The notes: generated by a model from the sequence alone, not told the origin. A stretch of DNA of 43,747 bases from Bacteriovoracaceae bacterium (GCA_049599895.1 JBMYPC010000007.1:1-43747), one strand, 5' to 3'; counted from the first letter of the stretch, positions 9,111-18,844 are shown. A program made the numbers and translations.

Positions 9111-10540
9111 GTGATGGCCCCCCAAATTCCGACATTTGAATAATCTTTATCGTAAGTTGAATCTCCTCCAGCAACTGATTCATAGTGAATTCCAAGTTTT
9201 ACTGGAAGATCAAAGATCTTCTTTTGAGTTTCAATTCCCGCCTTCCAGCTTAGGCCACCTGTATAGTCTCGAGTTGAATTGCCAAAAACATTTCCAAGTC
9301 TTAATGATCCGATTAATGGCAAGGTTGCGATGTTGGCAAGTTCATAAGAAGCTTTGACACCTGCTTCATAGGAGCCAATACGATTCATTGTAATCGAATT
9401 AGTATTGGTATAAAAAGAAGCGTAATCACCAAATATCAATTCTGGAGTTATCGTCCATTTCGAACTGAGCTTATACTGAAACTCAAGACCAAGTTTTAAA
9501 AGGCTAAGGTCACCACTTCCCTCAAAACTTAAGTTATTACTCTCTTCAAAGTTGATCCTCTGGTACATAAAGCTCGCACCCCATTTATGATCTTTCCATT
9601 TTCGAAGATAAGAAACTTTGAGATGATTCGAGTTCTCACCGACAATATCGGCTTCCTGACCATTTGAACGATTGAGCGCACGGATCTCAGGGAAGTTCAC
9701 GCCAAACTCAAGACCAATTTCGTAGTTTCGAGGTTGAGTTTTCTCTCTTAAATCAAGCTCTGATTTATCCCAAGCTGTTTCGTTTTCAGCAATTGTCTCA
9801 AGTTGAGATGCTGGTGCTCGCTCTTTTTCTTCAATCTTAGTTAAGATAATGGGTTTAACTTCTTTCTTTGGCGCTTCTTGATTTCCTTCAGCATTTAACT
9901 GCTCATCAGAGAGCGCCAGTTCACTCATTTCAGTTTCTTCAATCTCAGCCTTCATTCCTTTAGTAACAGAAACAACCTTTTCAGGCTTATTGAGTTCCTC
10001 AATAGTCACTTCTTCAATTTTCTCAGGAACAAATTCGGCCTTTGAAAGTGTCGATTGCTCTGAAACCACATCAACCTGCCCTTCATAGGTTTTAAGAATT
10101 GAACTTTTTGAGCCATATTCATGAATCACCTCAAAGTCTGTTCCTCTCACTCCCATGGCGGCGGTCTTGGTTTTTACGACGACCGAAGGATCTTTTGTTT
10201 TCGTAAAAACTTTTGCTCGAAGCTTTCCTCTAATGAGACCAAGAACTGAAGTTTTAGTTTTCTTTGATGAACCAATAAGAAAATCTGACCTAGGTCCAAC
10301 TGTTACAACTGATTTTGTAAAACGGTTTCTAATAATGGCAAAACTCTTTTCACCAGTTTGGATATACATTCCGTTTTGAAGCTTTTCTCCTTTTGTGACC
10401 TGACTTAATTGAGTCCCCTTGGGAGAAATTTTATACACCTCACCTTTAAGCTTAATCACAGTGGCGATGCTTTCTTCTTTTGCAGAGGTCTGCAAACAAA
10501 GAACTAAAAAGAATGTGATAATGAGGTTTTTCGATATCAT
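9104..10540 (-). CDS. FecR-domain protein with probable C-terminal outer-membrane beta-barrel
   Basis: Signal peptide and FecR signature VKTKTAAMGVRGTDF...EGQVDV. An acidic linker is followed by amphipathic strands ending in an aromatic residue (GAITW). Confidence 0.8.
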   Translation of the reverse strand: MISKNLIITFFLVLCLQTSAKEESIATVIKLKGEVYKISPKGTQLSQVTKGEKLQNGMYIQTGEKSFAIIRNRFTKSVVTVGPRSDFLIGSSKKTKTSVLGLIRGKLRAKVFTKTKDPSVVVKTKTAAMGVRGTDFEVIHEYGSKSSILKTYEGQVDVVSEQSTLSKAEFVPEKIEEVTIEELNKPEKVVSVTKGMKAEIEETEMSELALSDEQLNAEGNQEAPKKEVKPIILTKIEEKERAPASQLETIAENETAWDKSELDLREKTQPRNYEIGLEFGVNFPEIRALNRSNGQEADIVGENSNHLKVSYLRKWKDHKWGASFMYQRINFEESNNLSFEGSGDLSLLKLGLEFQYKLSSKWTITPELIFGDYASFYTNTNSITMNRIGSYEAGVKASYELANIATLPLIGSLRLGNVFGNSTRDYTGGLSWKAGIETQKKIFDLPVKLGIHYESVAGGDSTYDKDYSNVGIWGAITW

Positions 10541-10552
10541 AGCTTAAATGTC

Positions 10553-10581
10553 TTTTCGGCAAATCTTGAACAAATCACTGA
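10553..10581 (-). promoter_or_regulatory. Putative sigma28-type promoter TCAGT-N16-GCCGAAAA
   Basis: Good -10 match GCCGAAAA 12 nt before the FecR-gene ATG. The -35 match is weaker. Confidence 0.45.
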
Positions 10582-10769
10582 AAGCTCACACTCAAAGCTT
10601 CTAAAGGCAAATTTGGCCGTAAGCGCCACACAACAGAGCACAATGATCAACTTTTAAACATCATGAAATACATTCTTGGCCCGGGTGACGAAGCTATCAG
10701 AACTGATTTAAAATTGAATATGAACAAGAGTTTTATGATGGAACTCTTTGAAATTACGAGGAGGTTTCG

Positions 10770-11003
10770 TTGAAACAACTAAAGAATGCGACATTACTTC
10801 TTATTCCAGGTGCATTTTTGGCCATCACTATCATTGGTGGGAACATCCTTGCGGAGAACGCAACAAAAACGAAAACCGCTTCAGTAAGAATTGATAGCCC
10901 ACAGATCAATAGACTTCTTCCAAGCACCGAGCAATCAGTCAACGTAAAACAAGCCGCTCAAAAAAGAGAAACAAATAGTCTTAATAAAAAGTCTTGTCTT
11001 TAA
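10770..11003 (+). CDS. Small exported or membrane-anchored protein (77 aa)
   Basis: Strong GAGGAGG SD before the TTG, N-terminal hydrophobic helix, and it ends in a hairpin. Confidence 0.6.
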   Translation: MKQLKNATLLLIPGAFLAITIIGGNILAENATKTKTASVRIDSPQINRLLPSTEQSVNVKQAAQKRETNSLNKKSCL

Positions 11004-11014
11004 GACAAGACTTT
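10988..11014. terminator. Perfect 13-bp inverted repeat, likely a bidirectional terminator
   Basis: AAAGTCTTGTCTT-T-AAGACAAGACTTT between the convergent small gene and pepN. Confidence 0.65.
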
Positions 11015-13649
11015 ATTCTGAATCCCTAATTTTACTTAAAATTTCAAAAGCATTTTTTGAGAGATTTGGTGTCTCAAGTAGCCTTTTAATTTCAACGTCC
11101 ATTAAATCTCGTCGCTTTTGTGGAAGCTTCGCAAGGTCTTTATAAGCATTAGCAAGGCGAGCTGAAACTTGAGGGTTGATCTTATCAATCGTCACTAACC
11201 TATCAGAAAGAAGCTGATAACCTCTTCCTGAATCATGATGAAACTGGACATAGTTATGAACCACAAAAGGTCCAAATAATGCTCTCACAAGATTTGGAAT
11301 CTTAACGTCATAAACAGGATTTTCTTCAAGATTTAATAAACGGTCATAGGAAAGATCACTTGGCCCAGCAACCTGAACCGCAAGCCATTTTTGCATAACA
11401 AGAGTGTCTGACTGCCAATCATTATAAAACTCAGAGAGGGCCTTTTCAGCGAAGAGGTTGTCATAATAACTCAGAAGCTTAAGAGCATTAAACTTATTAG
11501 TCATATTTTTAGCTTCAGAAAACTGAGTGTAGGCAAGCTCACTAAAGGTTGTGCTGTCTGCGGCCATAAGATAACTTAAAAGAACTGATCTTAAAGCTCT
11601 TCCCCCGACTTCCTTTGGACCAAGGGAATATTCTGAAGATTCTTCACTTTGAAGCTCTTGATAAAGTTTTAACATTTGGTCTTGATAAGTTTTAGCGAGC
11701 TCTTCTTGAAGCTTTGTTCTTCCATGATGGGTTTCATCAATCAACAAGGTACTCTGATTTTGATAGAGACTTGATTCACTCGGTAATGTAAGAGTGAATG
11801 CTTTTGTAGAGTAATCTAAATTTTTATCATCAAGAACTCTGCCAAAGGCTTCTTTTACAGAATTCTCAATTTTGGCATTTGAATCATTAATGATGTTCTC
11901 GATTTGCCATGTATAGAGTTTTTGACCAGACTCGTATCTATTGAAGCCATCTTTATCATTGGACATTAAAAAAGCAAGTTCACTTGGCTTATGAAAAGAC
12001 TTCACCATAATAGGTGAAGAAAATTCTCGATTGAGAGAAAGAACAGGTTCAGTTTGAACATTCTCAAACGTGAGATCCATCTTTTCAGATCTCATCATGA
12101 TGGTGTCTTCTGTGACATCAGTATTTTTGCATTCGACAGTATTATCGGTTCCATCAGGAAGAACAAGCCCAAACTTTAAAGGAAGAAGAAGAGGCTTCTT
12201 TTCTTTTTGATCATGAGTTGGCTTAGTCTCTTGTTCCATCTCAACTTTAAACTGTTTTTGAGATTGATCATATGAAGTTTTAACTGAGAGCCACGGTGTC
12301 CCTGATTGGTGGTACCATTTTTTAAACTCACTAAAGTCGTAATGATTATTAGCAAGGCTCATGGCCTCAATAAAGTCTTCAGTAGTGACAGCTTTTCCAT
12401 CGTGAAGCTCAAAGTATTTATCCACACCTTTTCGAAAACCTTCTTTGCCAAGGAGGGTTTGAAACATTCGAATAACTTCTGCCCCTTTTTCATAGATTGT
12501 AAGAGTATAAAAGTTATTAATTTCAATATAAGAGCTCGGTTTAATCGGATGAGACATAGGCCCAGCATCCTCACTAAACTGGTGATCTCTTAATGTTTTC
12601 ACATCTTCAATTCGCTTAACCGCTCTGACATGTTGATCGGCAGAGAATTCTTGATCGCGAAAAACCGTGAGTCCTTCTTTCAATGTTAATTGAAACCAAT
12701 CCCGGCACGTCACTCGGTTCCCCGTCCAGTTGTGAAAGTACTCGTGACCAATCACGGCCTCGATGGCCATGAAGTCGTGATCAGTAGCTGTATCAGGATT
12801 TGCAAGAACAAGACGGCTGTTAAAGATGTTGAGACCTTTATTTTCCATTGCTCCCATATTGAATGAGTCAACGGCTACAATCATATAAATATCGAGGTCA
12901 TACTCTAGTCCAAATCGCTCTTCATCCCATTTCATGGCATTTTTAAGTGATTCCATTGCAAAACCACATTTGCTTCCATTACCTGGATCACAGAAAATCT
13001 CAAGATCAACTTTGCGACCTGAAGCCGTCGTAAAAACATCCGTCACGCGCTCAAGGTCCCCAGCAACAAGAGCGTAGAGATAACTCGGTTTTGGAAAGGG
13101 ATCAAACCAAATTGCATAATGTTGATTGTCTTCACTCTCCCCTTTTTCAACAAAGTTCCCATTGGCAAGAAGAGTTGGGAATTCTTTTTTATCAGCGACA
13201 AGCTTTGTCGTATAAATCGCCATGACATCCGGACGATCAATAAAATAAGTAATATGCCTAAAGCCTTCAGGCTCATTTTGAGTACAAAGAATATTCCCTG
13301 AAATATAGAGTCCCTCACAAGTCGTATTCTTGACTGGGCTGATTTCATTTTCAATTTCGAGAGTGAATTTTTCGGCAGGTGTTAGAATTTTGAGCCCTTG
13401 AGAAGTCTGCTCAAAATACGACTCATCAATTTCTTTACCGTCGATTTTTAAACCTAAAAGAGTCAGGTTCTCTCCATCGAGAAAGCAGTCCTCACCTTTA
13501 CGAGAAGGGTCATTTAAAAACACTTCAAGTTTTGATCTAACGATAGTGCTCTCTTTACCGAGGTTAAATTCAAGATAAACCTTAGAAATTGAATAGGCAT
13601 GAGGTTTATAGTCTTCAAGACGGATAACACTAGGTTCCAAATCTTTCAT
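11013..13649 (-). CDS. pepN: Aminopeptidase N (M1 family)
   Basis: GAMENKGLN, HEYFH-x18-E (LKEGLT), TQNEPEGFR and YEKGAEV. Confidence 0.97.
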   Translation of the reverse strand: MKDLEPSVIRLEDYKPHAYSISKVYLEFNLGKESTIVRSKLEVFLNDPSRKGEDCFLDGENLTLLGLKIDGKEIDESYFEQTSQGLKILTPAEKFTLEIENEISPVKNTTCEGLYISGNILCTQNEPEGFRHITYFIDRPDVMAIYTTKLVADKKEFPTLLANGNFVEKGESEDNQHYAIWFDPFPKPSYLYALVAGDLERVTDVFTTASGRKVDLEIFCDPGNGSKCGFAMESLKNAMKWDEERFGLEYDLDIYMIVAVDSFNMGAMENKGLNIFNSRLVLANPDTATDHDFMAIEAVIGHEYFHNWTGNRVTCRDWFQLTLKEGLTVFRDQEFSADQHVRAVKRIEDVKTLRDHQFSEDAGPMSHPIKPSSYIEINNFYTLTIYEKGAEVIRMFQTLLGKEGFRKGVDKYFELHDGKAVTTEDFIEAMSLANNHYDFSEFKKWYHQSGTPWLSVKTSYDQSQKQFKVEMEQETKPTHDQKEKKPLLLPLKFGLVLPDGTDNTVECKNTDVTEDTIMMRSEKMDLTFENVQTEPVLSLNREFSSPIMVKSFHKPSELAFLMSNDKDGFNRYESGQKLYTWQIENIINDSNAKIENSVKEAFGRVLDDKNLDYSTKAFTLTLPSESSLYQNQSTLLIDETHHGRTKLQEELAKTYQDQMLKLYQELQSEESSEYSLGPKEVGGRALRSVLLSYLMAADSTTFSELAYTQFSEAKNMTNKFNALKLLSYYDNLFAEKALSEFYNDWQSDTLVMQKWLAVQVAGPSDLSYDRLLNLEENPVYDVKIPNLVRALFGPFVVHNYVQFHHDSGRGYQLLSDRLVTIDKINPQVSARLANAYKDLAKLPQKRRDLMDVEIKRLLETPNLSKNAFEILSKIRDSE

Positions 13650-13755
13650 GGTTTTTCCCTTAAAAAAGTAAAAAAAATGTAATAATTCTTATAAACACCT
13701 AAAATTGCGTAAAGAAGTGTTTCTGAATCAGAATAAGATACACTATAATATCTTA

Positions 13756-14511
13756 ATGAGCAGCAAGGATCCCAATAAAAAGCATTATTTTACTCCGATT
13801 GAAACAGATGAAGAAGTCTCAAGGCACTTCTCTAAATTTAAATCTGGGCAGAAGTTTACTCTCCGAGAAGAAGCTGAACGTGAAGAACTTGAAGAAATTT
13901 TTACCTTTAAGTCGTATGCAGCTTCTGCAAATAAGATTTTTTTAAACTCTACAACGACAGGATTACTTTCATTAGTAAAAAAATCATCTTTCATTAACAA
14001 GACCGTTTATGTAATGACTGACAACTCTCAGTTTAAGTTTCTTACAATTGGGTTACTTAAGTTCAACAAAGACCAATCACTTTATGAACTCATAATAAAA
14101 GGTAAAATATGGCTGGCCCAACAAAGAAAGGACTATCGACTTACAATTGAACCTGGCTTAGACGTAAAGCTAAACTGGAATGATTACATTATTCCCGTGA
14201 TAGACATTTCAGCAGGGGGCATTAGTCTAAAAGCCCAAGGGATTTCAGCTGACGCATTATCAAGACAGAAAAAAATCAAATCCGCCATCATCCATTTTGG
14301 CAATCAAAAGCTTCCTATTACAGAAATGGAAGTCAAAAACACTTGGCCTGATGATACTGATCCCCATGGACACACCCACTTCTTTGGCCTTAGGTTCAAT
14401 TCAATTCAACCTCAAGTAGAAGAAAATCTCGCCACTTTGATCAACTCTGAAGCAAGAGGTCGAGAAATTCGAAAAATTATCTCCGGTCGACTCAAAAAGT
14501 TCAATAACTAG
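13756..14511 (+). CDS. PilZ-domain c-di-GMP receptor with N-terminal extra domain
   Basis: RxxxR (RKDYR) and DxSxxG (DISAGG) are intact, plus FGLRF. The ATG at 13756 is preferred over the TTG at 13705. Confidence 0.85.
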   Translation: MSSKDPNKKHYFTPIETDEEVSRHFSKFKSGQKFTLREEAEREELEEIFTFKSYAASANKIFLNSTTTGLLSLVKKSSFINKTVYVMTDNSQFKFLTIGLLKFNKDQSLYELIIKGKIWLAQQRKDYRLTIEPGLDVKLNWNDYIIPVIDISAGGISLKAQGISADALSRQKKIKSAIIHFGNQKLPITEMEVKNTWPDDTDPHGHTHFFGLRFNSIQPQVEENLATLINSEARGREIRKIISGRLKKFNN

Positions 14512-14519
14512 TTTTCAGA

Positions 14520-14556
14520 TTGTCAACTCTTGTCTATTCCAACTTAATCTTGTCTA
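14520..14556. promoter_or_regulatory. Phased TTGTC(A/T)A repeats upstream of the LOV gene
   Basis: TTGTCAA at 14520, TTGTCTA at 14530 and TTGTCTA at 14550 (10-bp phase). They read TTGACAA/TAGACAA on the minus strand. Confidence 0.45.
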
Positions 14557-14611
14557 ATAGATGAGTTTAAAAGTGTTGATTTCAAATATTTAAAAATATA
14601 AGGAATTATGA

Positions 14612-15226
14612 ATGAAAACTTTAGTTAAAGTTCTGAAAACTGTTTCCTCGGAGTTCGAAATACCTTTCACTGTTGCCGATCTCACACAACAAGACGAACC
14701 TCTGGTTTATATCAATAAGGCTTTTGAAGATCTCTCTGGTTATGAAGCAAAAGAAGTTCTTGGCCGAAATTGTCGATTTTTGCAAACTCAAAAAACAAAC
14801 GCTGAAACCAAAATCGCCTTAAGAGAAGCGATCAATTCAAGAGTGAGCTTTTGGGCCGACATCCTTAATACAAGAAGAGATGGTATGAAGTTTTGGAACA
14901 GGCTCGTTCTCATCCCTTTTGGCTATGACGAAAATGATCCAACTCACTACATTGGTATCCAAATTAAAGTAACTGATGATCAGGCGATCGTTGAAAACTT
15001 ATTCTCTCAAAATAGAGTCGACACAGTAACCAATAATATCACCAACCCATTCAAAAACATCTTAGACCTCAAAAGATCACTTAAATATCTTCAGTTCGTT
15101 GAAGATGAAAAAGAGTTCCAAGAAAAACTCGCCGATGTTTCAGGACAGATTTCTCAAGAAGTCCAAAAGATTGTGAGCTATCTAAGAGATTTAGCAGTAA
15201 AAGAATTAGAGACAAGCACCCTTTGA
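14612..15226 (+). CDS. Short LOV-domain blue-light photoreceptor
   Basis: GRNCRFLQ (14762-14785) with the photoactive Cys. Also PLVYINKAFEDLSGY, NTRRDGMKFWN and YIGIQ with the conserved Gln. Confidence 0.92.
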   Translation: MKTLVKVLKTVSSEFEIPFTVADLTQQDEPLVYINKAFEDLSGYEAKEVLGRNCRFLQTQKTNAETKIALREAINSRVSFWADILNTRRDGMKFWNRLVLIPFGYDENDPTHYIGIQIKVTDDQAIVENLFSQNRVDTVTNNITNPFKNILDLKRSLKYLQFVEDEKEFQEKLADVSGQISQEVQKIVSYLRDLAVKELETSTL

Positions 15227-16297
15227 TTCTTGAATACTCTTTACTTCTTCATCAAGTGCCACTTGATCTAGCCTAAAGAAGCTTTGATTTCTTTTAACTA
15301 AACCAATGGCCCTCTTTCCTCCAAATGACCTAAGGGCCCTTAGAATATGGGTCGAAAGCTTTTTCACTTTTCGATTTAAAAAGTAATCAACAATCTCATA
15401 GCGGTTGCGAGGACAAAACTTTGGTAAACTTTCAATATAAGCAATCATCACGGCGGATGACTCAAATCTTCTAAAATTGAGATTAAGTGAATTTAAAAAC
15501 TTTGGATCATTCTCGCTCAGATACTTAATAGCAAAGGCCTTCATATATTCGGGATAACTCCCTTTAAGAACATCTTTATTAAAATTAAGAACTAAAGGAT
15601 CAAGTGGTGCTCTAAAATGCACATGAAGCATGGCCTCATAGCGAACTTTCTTTGATTGAGAATAATCTAGAATTGAACGAATTTCCTTTTCGTAACTTTC
15701 TTTTTCTTTTTTAGTAATCTGATTTGATCGTCCTTCACGTAAAAGAAGCTGGTACAAAGCAAGCTTCTCCTCATCAGTGTGAACAAGATGAGTTTCATAG
15801 ATTCTCTTTACTGTTTTAAAAAGAGACTGACTTTTTTCGGGATCAATCGTTTTAAGCAAAGAGTGTTTAATTTTATCCTCTTTGCCTTTGATAATTCTTT
15901 CCATAAGAATTTCAACTCGAGGATCATCATGAAGTAAAAGCTTTTGAAGAACTTGAACAGTTAGCCTTTTATTGAAGGTTTTAAATTGAGTCGTTGTAAA
16001 ATTGATATAAGTATCAATATCGCCGTCTTTATAGACTTTATTCAATTCTCTTGAAAGCTCACCTGGTGAACCCTTTAAGGATTCAAGTTTGGCAATTTTT
16101 TCATTTTGAATATCTTCATTTGATTTTTGCGGATCATCGTCATCCGTCATCAAATCTTTTTGATAGACCTCATCATTTTCAAGGTAACCTAAATAATCAG
16201 GGCCATTTAAAATGGCATCACGCTTGGAATAGATCTGACTAAACAAAACTCCAACTGATAAGAGAAGGATAAGAAAAAAGAATTTAACAATGTTCAT
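15206..16297 (-). CDS. Exported alpha-helical (HEAT-like) hypothetical protein
   Basis: N-terminal hydrophobic segment and helical repeats such as KVRYEAM and ILRALRSFGG. Its 3' end overlaps the LOV gene by 21 nt. Confidence 0.65.
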   Translation of the reverse strand: MNIVKFFFLILLLSVGVLFSQIYSKRDAILNGPDYLGYLENDEVYQKDLMTDDDDPQKSNEDIQNEKIAKLESLKGSPGELSRELNKVYKDGDIDTYINFTTTQFKTFNKRLTVQVLQKLLLHDDPRVEILMERIIKGKEDKIKHSLLKTIDPEKSQSLFKTVKRIYETHLVHTDEEKLALYQLLLREGRSNQITKKEKESYEKEIRSILDYSQSKKVRYEAMLHVHFRAPLDPLVLNFNKDVLKGSYPEYMKAFAIKYLSENDPKFLNSLNLNFRRFESSAVMIAYIESLPKFCPRNRYEIVDYFLNRKVKKLSTHILRALRSFGGKRAIGLVKRNQSFFRLDQVALDEEVKSIQESKGACL

Positions 16298-16418
16298 ATG
16301 CAGACTATTTTACACCACTTTGTATGAAACACTTGGCCCGCCGCGACATATAGTCGATAAAACCTTTCGTTTATGGAGCATTTGATTTTGTTAATTCTAC
16401 TAATTTACCAATGTATTG

Positions 16419-16447
16419 TTGACATTAGGTGTTGTTTTAACGATGCT
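16419..16447 (+). promoter_or_regulatory. Sigma70-type promoter of the spt operon
   Basis: TTGACA-N17-GATGCT, with an AAGGAG SD before the ATG at 16499. Confidence 0.6.
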
Positions 16448-16498
16448 ACCGGTTTAGTGAATAAGATTACATAAATTATGTAATTCTAAGGAGTTACT

Positions 16499-17698
16499 AT
16501 GGATTCCTTCCAAAACCATCGCTTGGTTGAAAAGTCTAATTTATTAAAAAAAATGAACCTTTACCCATTTTTTAGACCGATTGGTGCCTCTGAAGGCCCG
16601 AGAGTTGAAATTGAAGGTAAAGAACAAATAATGATTGGCTCAAACAACTATCTTGGGCTTACCCATCACCCAGAAGTTGTTGAAGCGACGATCAAGGCCA
16701 TTGAAAAGTATGGTACTGGTTGTACAGGTTCACGCTTTCTTAACGGTAACCTTGAGGCCCATGAAGAACTTGAAGAAAAACTTGCAAGTTACCTTGGCCA
16801 TGAAGCCGCACTTTGCTTCTCAACAGGAATGCAAACAAACCTTGGGGCTTTATCAGCTCTTTGTGGTCCTAGAGACTGCATGCTCATGGACTCAGAAAAT
16901 CACGCTTCGATTCTCGATGCAGCAAGACTTGCTCTTGGAGCAACCTTTAAATTCAAGCATAATGACATGGATTCATTAGAAGAACAGCTTGAGTCTAATA
17001 TCAATCGTTTTCAAAATGTTATCATCGTTGCCGATGGTGTTTTTTCTATGACTGGTGATGTCCTTAACCTTCCAGAAGTCAATCGTTTAGCAGAAAAATA
17101 CGGAGCTTATGTCTACGTCGATGATGCCCACGGTATTGGTGTTATGGGAGATCGAGGAAGAGGAACGATGAACTATTTTGGTCTTACCGATAAAGTTCAT
17201 TTTAATATGGGAACATTTTCGAAATCATTTGCTTCAATTGGTGGAGTGATCTCTGGTTCCCATGATGCCATCAATTATATCCGTCACACGGCGAGAAGCT
17301 TTATGTTCTCAGCTGCTATGCCACCTTCAGCAACAGCGACAGTCTCAGCTTGTCTCGATGTTATTCTTAAAGACCACACCATCCATGAAAGACTTTGGGA
17401 CAACGTGGATTTTATGAAAAAAGGTTTCGCAGACCTTGGTTTTTATACCTATGAATCTAAAACTCCTATTATTCCTGTCTTTATAGGAGACGATATTAAG
17501 GCCATGCAGGTGACTCGTTTTCTCGCTGAAAATGGGGTTTTTGCAACTCCAGTGATTTCCCCTGCAGTTCCAAAAGGTGAAGCCCTCATTCGAACAAGTT
17601 ATATGGCAAGCCATAAAAAGGAAGACCTTCAGACTGTTCTTAATGTCTTTGAAAAGGCCAAAAAAGAACTTGATATACCAACAAAGGCCTTTCACTAA
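16499..17698 (+). CDS. spt: Serine palmitoyltransferase (alpha-oxoamine synthase family)
   Basis: GSNNYLGL, GTGCTGSRFLNG (SPT-type, not KBL SVRFICG), NHASI, DDAHG and the PLP lysine in GTFSKSF. Followed by ceramide synthase-like and reductase-like genes. Confidence 0.85.
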   Translation: MDSFQNHRLVEKSNLLKKMNLYPFFRPIGASEGPRVEIEGKEQIMIGSNNYLGLTHHPEVVEATIKAIEKYGTGCTGSRFLNGNLEAHEELEEKLASYLGHEAALCFSTGMQTNLGALSALCGPRDCMLMDSENHASILDAARLALGATFKFKHNDMDSLEEQLESNINRFQNVIIVADGVFSMTGDVLNLPEVNRLAEKYGAYVYVDDAHGIGVMGDRGRGTMNYFGLTDKVHFNMGTFSKSFASIGGVISGSHDAINYIRHTARSFMFSAAMPPSATATVSACLDVILKDHTIHERLWDNVDFMKKGFADLGFYTYESKTPIIPVFIGDDIKAMQVTRFLAENGVFATPVISPAVPKGEALIRTSYMASHKKEDLQTVLNVFEKAKKELDIPTKAFH

Positions 17699-17722
17699 GC
17701 TCACTCTAACTAAAGAGAAAAC

Positions 17723-18844
17723 ATGTACCAGCTAACTGAAGTCTTTCCTCTTGAAAACTCAAAAGACAGAAAACAGTTTGTCTCAGTACCCTATGAACTC
17801 TATGCTACTGATTCAAACTTTGCTGCTCAGCCTCGGTTGAGCTACACAAACCTCTTAAAAAAATCTCATCCATTTTTCAATACAGCAAAGGGCCGCTTTT
17901 GGCTTTTAAGGTCTCAGCAAAAAATTGTGGGTCGTATTGCTGGCTTTATCAATCAAGAACACAATACAAAACATAATGAAAATGTTCTTTTCTTTGGTTT
18001 CTTTGATTGTATCGATGATCCCAAAGCCAGTGAGCTTCTTTTTAATGCTGTCAAAGAGTATGCAAACTCAATTGAGGCCAAATGTATTCGTGGTCCCGTC
18101 AACCCTTCAACCAACTATGAAGCTGCTTGTTTGATTGATGGTTTCGATGATCCTCCGCAGATTATGATGACTTATAATGCCCCCTACTATCAAAATCTCA
18201 TTGAAGGTAATGGTTATGAAAAAAGCATGGATTTCTATGCTTTTAAAAGAGATCCAAGACCAGCTCTTCCTCCGCAAATCGAAGCAATTGCCAAAAGAGC
18301 TGAAGAGGCGCACGGGATTACTTACAGAAATATCTCGAAAAAAACCTGGAATGTAGACCTCCAGATTATGCGAGAGCTTTATAACAAGGCCTGGGAAAAT
18401 AATTGGGGCTTTGTCCCAATGACGCCTGAAGAGTTTGATGAGACAGCTAAAGAGCTTAAAGGTATCGTTGATGAGGACCTCATCATTTTTGTTTATGCTA
18501 AAGGAAAGCCCATTGGTTTTGGCGTTGGCCTTCCTGATTACAATCAAGCTCTTATCAAACTAAAAAAAGGAAGACTGACTCCCATCGGAATTTGGCATCT
18601 TCTTCGAGCGAAAAAATACATGAACCGATTTAGAATCATTACTCTTGGGGTCTTACCTGAGTTTCGAAAACATGGAATTGGCGCCCTTCTCTACCGAAAA
18701 TTTCATGAAGCAGCCAAACGTAAGGGTTTTATTGAAACTGAATGCAGCTGGATTCTTGAAGTTAACCAGGACATGATCAAGCCCCTAGAAAAAATGGGAA
18801 TGGATCGTTACAAGACCTATCGAATCTACGAGCAAACAATCTAG
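17723..18844 (+). CDS. GNAT-fold protein, bacterial ceramide synthase-like
   Basis: VGRIAGF, FFGFFDC, RGPVNPSTNYE, MMTYNAPYY, AWENNWGFVP, GVLPEFRKHGIG and SWILEVN, typical of the bCerS-like family. Directly downstream of spt. Confidence 0.75.
   Translation: MYQLTEVFPLENSKDRKQFVSVPYELYATDSNFAAQPRLSYTNLLKKSHPFFNTAKGRFWLLRSQQKIVGRIAGFINQEHNTKHNENVLFFGFFDCIDDPKASELLFNAVKEYANSIEAKCIRGPVNPSTNYEAACLIDGFDDPPQIMMTYNAPYYQNLIEGNGYEKSMDFYAFKRDPRPALPPQIEAIAKRAEEAHGITYRNISKKTWNVDLQIMRELYNKAWENNWGFVPMTPEEFDETAKELKGIVDEDLIIFVYAKGKPIGFGVGLPDYNQALIKLKKGRLTPIGIWHLLRAKKYMNRFRIITLGVLPEFRKHGIGALLYRKFHEAAKRKGFIETECSWILEVNQDMIKPLEKMGMDRYKTYRIYEQTI

Noticed and set aside
16499..17698. Alternative call as BioF or 2-amino-3-ketobutyrate CoA ligase
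   Set aside because: GSRFLNG is SPT-like, there are no bio or tdh neighbours, and ceramide-pathway-like genes follow directly.
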